From NCBI GenBank assembly GCA_963662315.1, contig OY759353.1:3552001-3616000 (forward strand): a stretch of 64,000 nt of DNA. Reading direction: 5' to 3'. Below are positions 60,588 to 64,000 of this stretch, in pieces. The notes beneath the pieces were generated by a model. It did not search any database. It was not told where the DNA came from and saw only the letters and a program-made list of their open reading frames with translations. The first letter of the stretch is position 1. Each line of letters begins with the position of its first letter. This stretch comes from Geopsychrobacteraceae bacterium (GTDB taxonomy: Bacteria; Desulfobacterota; Desulfuromonadia; Desulfuromonadales; Geopsychrobacteraceae). The position numbers and the translations under genes are program-made.

Positions 60588-60617
60588 TTGCCTTGTCAAA
60601 ATTCTGACCTATGGTGA

Positions 60618-60656
60618 GGAGCCGGCTAAAAAATTGTTTTTGCCGGCTCCTTTTTG
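60618..60656 (+). terminator. Rho-independent terminator after flgE
   Basis: GGAGCCGGC...GCCGGCTCC-TTTTTG. Confidence 0.8.
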
Positions 60657-60733
60657 TTTCCGCTGGGCGTAGAAAATTTGTAAAATATCGAAATGAATAG
60701 ATAAAATTAAATTTTAGAATAAATTTATCTTAA

Positions 60734-60749
60734 TGGCATATAAAATGCT
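60734..60749 (+). promoter_or_regulatory. Sigma54 (-24/-12) promoter for motA-motB
   Basis: TGGCATATAAAATGCT with GG-N10-GC spacing; AT-rich upstream region. Confidence 0.65.
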
Positions 60750-60838
60750 AATGTGTTACACGGATATGTTTTTCTCCCATATTAATGTATAGTCATTTCC
60801 GAAAATCTTCTGAATACAGGCGGAGATAGAGGACATTT

Positions 60839-61603
60839 ATGGATATCGCAACAATAATTGGCTTATTAGCTGCCTTTGGTCTGATGCTGCTGGGCATATT
60901 GCAAGGCGGCTCATTGATGATTTTCGTTGATATTGCCTCAATGGTCATCGTTGTTGGCGGCACCGTCGGTACCGTGCTGGTGCACTTTCCCCTGGGCGAT
61001 ATTCTGGGAGCATTCAATGTTGCCCGTAAAGCGTTTTTTCATAAAACCACTTCTCCGGTTGATACCATTGAAAAACTGATCACCTATGCGGGTAAGGCGC
61101 GTAAGGAAGGGATTCTGTCGCTGCAGTCCGTCATGAATGAGATAGAAGACGATTTTTTTCTGAAGGGTTTGCAGATGGCGGTCGATGGTCAGGAGCCTGA
61201 GGCTCTGAAAGAGATGCTCGAAAAGGAAATCGAGTATGTTATGGATCGCCATGATAAGGGGACAGAGATTTTTTCGGCAATCGGGGCTTATGCTCCGGCA
61301 ATGGGGATGATCGGTACGCTTATTGGTCTGGTGCAGATGTTGCAGAACATGAGTGACCCTTCGTCCATCGGTCCGGCCATGGCGGTGGCGTTGCTGACCA
61401 CCTTTTATGGTGCGGTTATCGCCAATGTTATCGCGATACCGATTTCCGGCAAACTGAAAATCCGTTCAGCCAGTGAAGTGTTGAATAAAACTCTGGTGAC
61501 CGAGGGGATGAAAGCGATTCTTGAAGGGGAAAATCCACGTCTCATGGAGCAGCGATTACACGCTTTTGTCGCACCGAAAGAGCGTCAGAGCAATTTCAAT
61601 TAA
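60839..61603 (+). CDS. motA: Flagellar stator A subunit (PomA/MotP-like)
   Basis: ARKEGILSL, APAMGMIGTLIGLVQML, IGPAMAVALLTTFYG, GENP. Confidence 0.96.
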   Translation: MDIATIIGLLAAFGLMLLGILQGGSLMIFVDIASMVIVVGGTVGTVLVHFPLGDILGAFNVARKAFFHKTTSPVDTIEKLITYAGKARKEGILSLQSVMNEIEDDFFLKGLQMAVDGQEPEALKEMLEKEIEYVMDRHDKGTEIFSAIGAYAPAMGMIGTLIGLVQMLQNMSDPSSIGPAMAVALLTTFYGAVIANVIAIPISGKLKIRSASEVLNKTLVTEGMKAILEGENPRLMEQRLHAFVAPKERQSNFN

Positions 61604-61617
61604 GCGGGGTTCTCTCA

Positions 61618-62349
61618 ATGCCTAAAAAGGAGAAAAAAGCTCCCGAAGGGGCACCAATGTGGATGGTCACCTTCAGTGACATGGTGACCCTGCTGTTGAC
61701 CTTTTTCGTTCTGATGTTGTCTATGGCCAATATGGATCAGGTCAAGTTTCAACAGGCCAGTGACTCTCTGGCTGGGGCCTTCGGCGTTCTCGGTAGTGCG
61801 GACCGGACCGAGGCGGTCCAGCCGCGAGTGGTATCATCGTCACCGATTAATGACGATTTCTCTGCCAGGGTTTATCGCCGCATCAAGACCAGATTGCGCG
61901 AATTGAAATTGAATAAAAAAATCCAGCTGGTTAAAGACCGTGGTGCCGTTATCCTCAGGGTCGACGAAGCTGTATTGTTTCAATCGGGGCAAAGTCGACT
62001 GGGACCGGAGGCCGACCCGATCCTGCGCAAAGTCGCAGAACTGGTGCGTCCGTTACCTCTGAATATGAAAATTGAAGGACATACGGATAATCGCGGCGCT
62101 GAGCTGTCCAATTGGGATCTATCGGTTAATCGGGCTGTTGCGGTGTTGCGCTTTCTGGCCACCAATGACCTGATCCCCATGACACGCATGGCGGCCACAG
62201 GCTATGGTTCGCAGAAACCACTGTTTCCAAATAACAGTGAACAGGAACGGGCTTTGAACCGCCGGGTTGAATTCGTTCTGGAAAGCCAGGGTGATCCAGA
62301 TCAGGATCTGCCTTACCTGCTTGATACCAAGGAGCTTGCGCCCTTCTGA
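61618..62349 (+). CDS. motB: Flagellar stator B subunit
   Basis: WMVTFSDMVTLLLTFFVL; OmpA-like domain EGHTDN, NWDLS..RA, NRRVE. Confidence 0.95.
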   Translation: MPKKEKKAPEGAPMWMVTFSDMVTLLLTFFVLMLSMANMDQVKFQQASDSLAGAFGVLGSADRTEAVQPRVVSSSPINDDFSARVYRRIKTRLRELKLNKKIQLVKDRGAVILRVDEAVLFQSGQSRLGPEADPILRKVAELVRPLPLNMKIEGHTDNRGAELSNWDLSVNRAVAVLRFLATNDLIPMTRMAATGYGSQKPLFPNNSEQERALNRRVEFVLESQGDPDQDLPYLLDTKELAPF

Positions 62350-62371
62350 GTGATAAGTCGCTTAGAAGGGG

Positions 62372-62471
62372 TTTCAAATCTGAAATTTCAGATTTCAGAT
62401 GGCTTATTGCTCTGCTTTAATAAGAGTTAACTGGCATATCGTATCTCAAATTTGAAATCTCATATCTGAAA
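62372..62471. repeat. Inverted array of degenerate 7-bp repeats
   Basis: TTTCAAA TCTGAAA TTTCAGA TTTCAGA T ... ATCTCAA ATTTGAA ATCTCAT ATCTGAA A; the 29-nt arms are complementary at 24/29 positions. Confidence 0.7.
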
Positions 62472-62505
62472 TCTCCATCGCCTGCGGTGGAGGAAGGGAA
62501 AGAAC

Positions 62506-63000
62506 ATGGCAAAGGGACCTGAAAAAGAGACCGAAGAAGGCGGCGGCGGAAAAAAGAAGCTGATCATCATTATTGTCGCAGTTCTGGTGATCCTGATCGG
62601 AGGCGGGGCTGGTGCCTATTTCTTCTTTATGTCCGGTGGGGATGAAAAAATTTCTCCTGAGGAGGAGAAAGCCATGGCCGCAGAGCTGGCCAATCAGGTC
62701 GGGCCGATGGTGAACATTGATTCCTTTATCGTCAATATTCTCGATGATGAGGAGAGTCGCTACCTGAAAGCCGCCATTACGGTTGAGGTTGACAGTGAAG
62801 AAACGTCCATGGAATTGAACTCACGGATGCCCCAGGTCAAAGATGCGATTCTGCTTTTGATCGGCAATAAAACCTTTAATGAATTAAGCGACCTGCAGGG
62901 GAAGATTCAATTGCGGGCAGAGTTGATCAACCGGCTGAATAGTATTTTGACCAAGGGGAAGGTCAAACGCATTTATTTTACCGACTTTGTTGTCCAGTAA
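62506..63000 (+). CDS. fliL: Flagellar basal body-associated protein
   Basis: KKKLIII TM anchor, FIVNI, RYLK, VKDAILLL, IYFTDFVVQ. Confidence 0.95.
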   Translation: MAKGPEKETEEGGGGKKKLIIIIVAVLVILIGGGAGAYFFFMSGGDEKISPEEEKAMAAELANQVGPMVNIDSFIVNILDDEESRYLKAAITVEVDSEETSMELNSRMPQVKDAILLLIGNKTFNELSDLQGKIQLRAELINRLNSILTKGKVKRIYFTDFVVQ

Positions 63001-63012
63001 AGGCCAGCTTAC

Positions 63013-64000
63013 GTGGAAAAGATCCTCACAAAAGATGAAATAGCCGATCTGCTATCGGCTGTTCGCCACGGCGAGATCGATGTTGATGATATCGGTAGCG
63101 ATAGTGATAGTGGTGCGGGGGCTGCTCGTGGTAAAACGTCGCCCCGCGTAAAAACGTTAAAAGCCCGGGATTGCAATCTTTTCAGTGCTGATGGGCCTGA
63201 CAGCTGGCGCCTGAAAAACTACGATCTGATTCTTGACAGCTTTGCACGCAACTACGCTCTGTCCATGTCGACCCGCTTTCAGCGAGCGGTCCACATTAAG
63301 CTGGAAGTGATGGAATCAATGGTTTTTGAGGACCTGTTACAGCGCTTATCGGGGCGTGGAGCCATTGGGGTACTGCAGATCGAACCATTGACTGGTGGCG
63401 GATTATTGATTCTGGATGAGCAATTGTCCTTCTCCCTGGTAGAAATGGTCCTGGGCGGTAGTCCCGGCAACAATATGGTGATTCCCAATCGAGGGATGAG
63501 TGCCATTGAATTGAATGTCATGCGGGACGTCATCAATTCGGCCTGCCCCGAGCTGGTCAAAGGGTTTGCTCAGTTGGAGGAAATTCAGGCGTCATTGGTT
63601 GAAGTGGTCAGCAATCTGCGCCTACTTAATTTTGTCGCTGCTGAAGTTGGTGTTGTTTCAGCACGTTTTAAGGTCACTATCGATAATGTTGAAGGTAGTA
63701 TCTCTCTGGTTATTCCCCATACGACATTGGAGCCTTTGCAGAAGAAACAGCAGAGTAAAGCGGTGCCTGACAGTCTCCTTAAAGGCAGCAAGTGGCAGAA
63801 GCTGGTTTGCGATGAACTTGAGCAGATGAAGGTTGGGGTAGCGGCTCAGCTTGGAACGGTTTCTTTACGGGTAAGAGATATCCTCAACTTCCAGGTCGGG
63901 GATGTGGTTGAGCTCGATTTTAAGCCGGAGGCACCGTTGACTGTCATGGTTGAGCAACGTCCGAAATTTAAAGCGGTGGCAGGCGTACAGAATGGGAAAA
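63013..64000 (+). CDS. fliM: Flagellar motor switch protein, 3'-truncated by the window edge (absent from the ORF track)
   Basis: GTG at 63013 reads MEKILTKDEIADLLSA (CheY-binding-like peptide), later LVEMVLGG, and the start of the SpoA domain (ILNFQVGDVVEL); follows fliL. Confidence 0.88.
   Translation, partial: MEKILTKDEIADLLSAVRHGEIDVDDIGSDSDSGAGAARGKTSPRVKTLKARDCNLFSADGPDSWRLKNYDLILDSFARNYALSMSTRFQRAVHIKLEVMESMVFEDLLQRLSGRGAIGVLQIEPLTGGGLLILDEQLSFSLVEMVLGGSPGNNMVIPNRGMSAIELNVMRDVINSACPELVKGFAQLEEIQASLVEVVSNLRLLNFVAAEVGVVSARFKVTIDNVEGSISLVIPHTTLEPLQKKQQSKAVPDSLLKGSKWQKLVCDELEQMKVGVAAQLGTVSLRVRDILNFQVGDVVELDFKPEAPLTVMVEQRPKFKAVAGVQNGK

Overview
This is a bacterial chromosomal segment. Gene content and sequence style suggest a Desulfuromonadales/Geobacter-related deltaproteobacterium (inference). 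Bases 1-8.1 kb are the right end of a defence island that abuts the 3' end of tRNA-Pro(CGG). It holds a 5'-truncated Abi_2/AbiD-F-like HEPN gene, type I R-M hsdS and hsdR, and between them a translationally coupled pair: an NdpA/YejK-like nucleoid-associated protein and an unknown protein with 3 C-terminal TM helices. This pair is the best candidate for an undescribed anti-phage system. Bases 8.6-46.8 kb are mostly housekeeping and signalling genes: paaK, ileS-lspA-yigZ, JAB-DinG, radC, two sigma54 activators, a Cys-rich kinase, a REC-DUF4388-roadblock gene with an internal start, sucCD, transaldolase, folK, glgC, a diguanylate cyclase, an MCP, a GGDEF-EAL protein and a molybdoenzyme. Bases 47-64 kb are a flagellar cluster: TPR protein, flgBC, fliEFGHIJ, MotE-like, fliK, flgD, flagellar operon protein, flgE, motAB, fliL and partial fliM. 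The cluster contains several structured intergenic elements, including a candidate pseudoknotted RNA leader of flgE. All calls come from motif recognition by eye; no searches were run.
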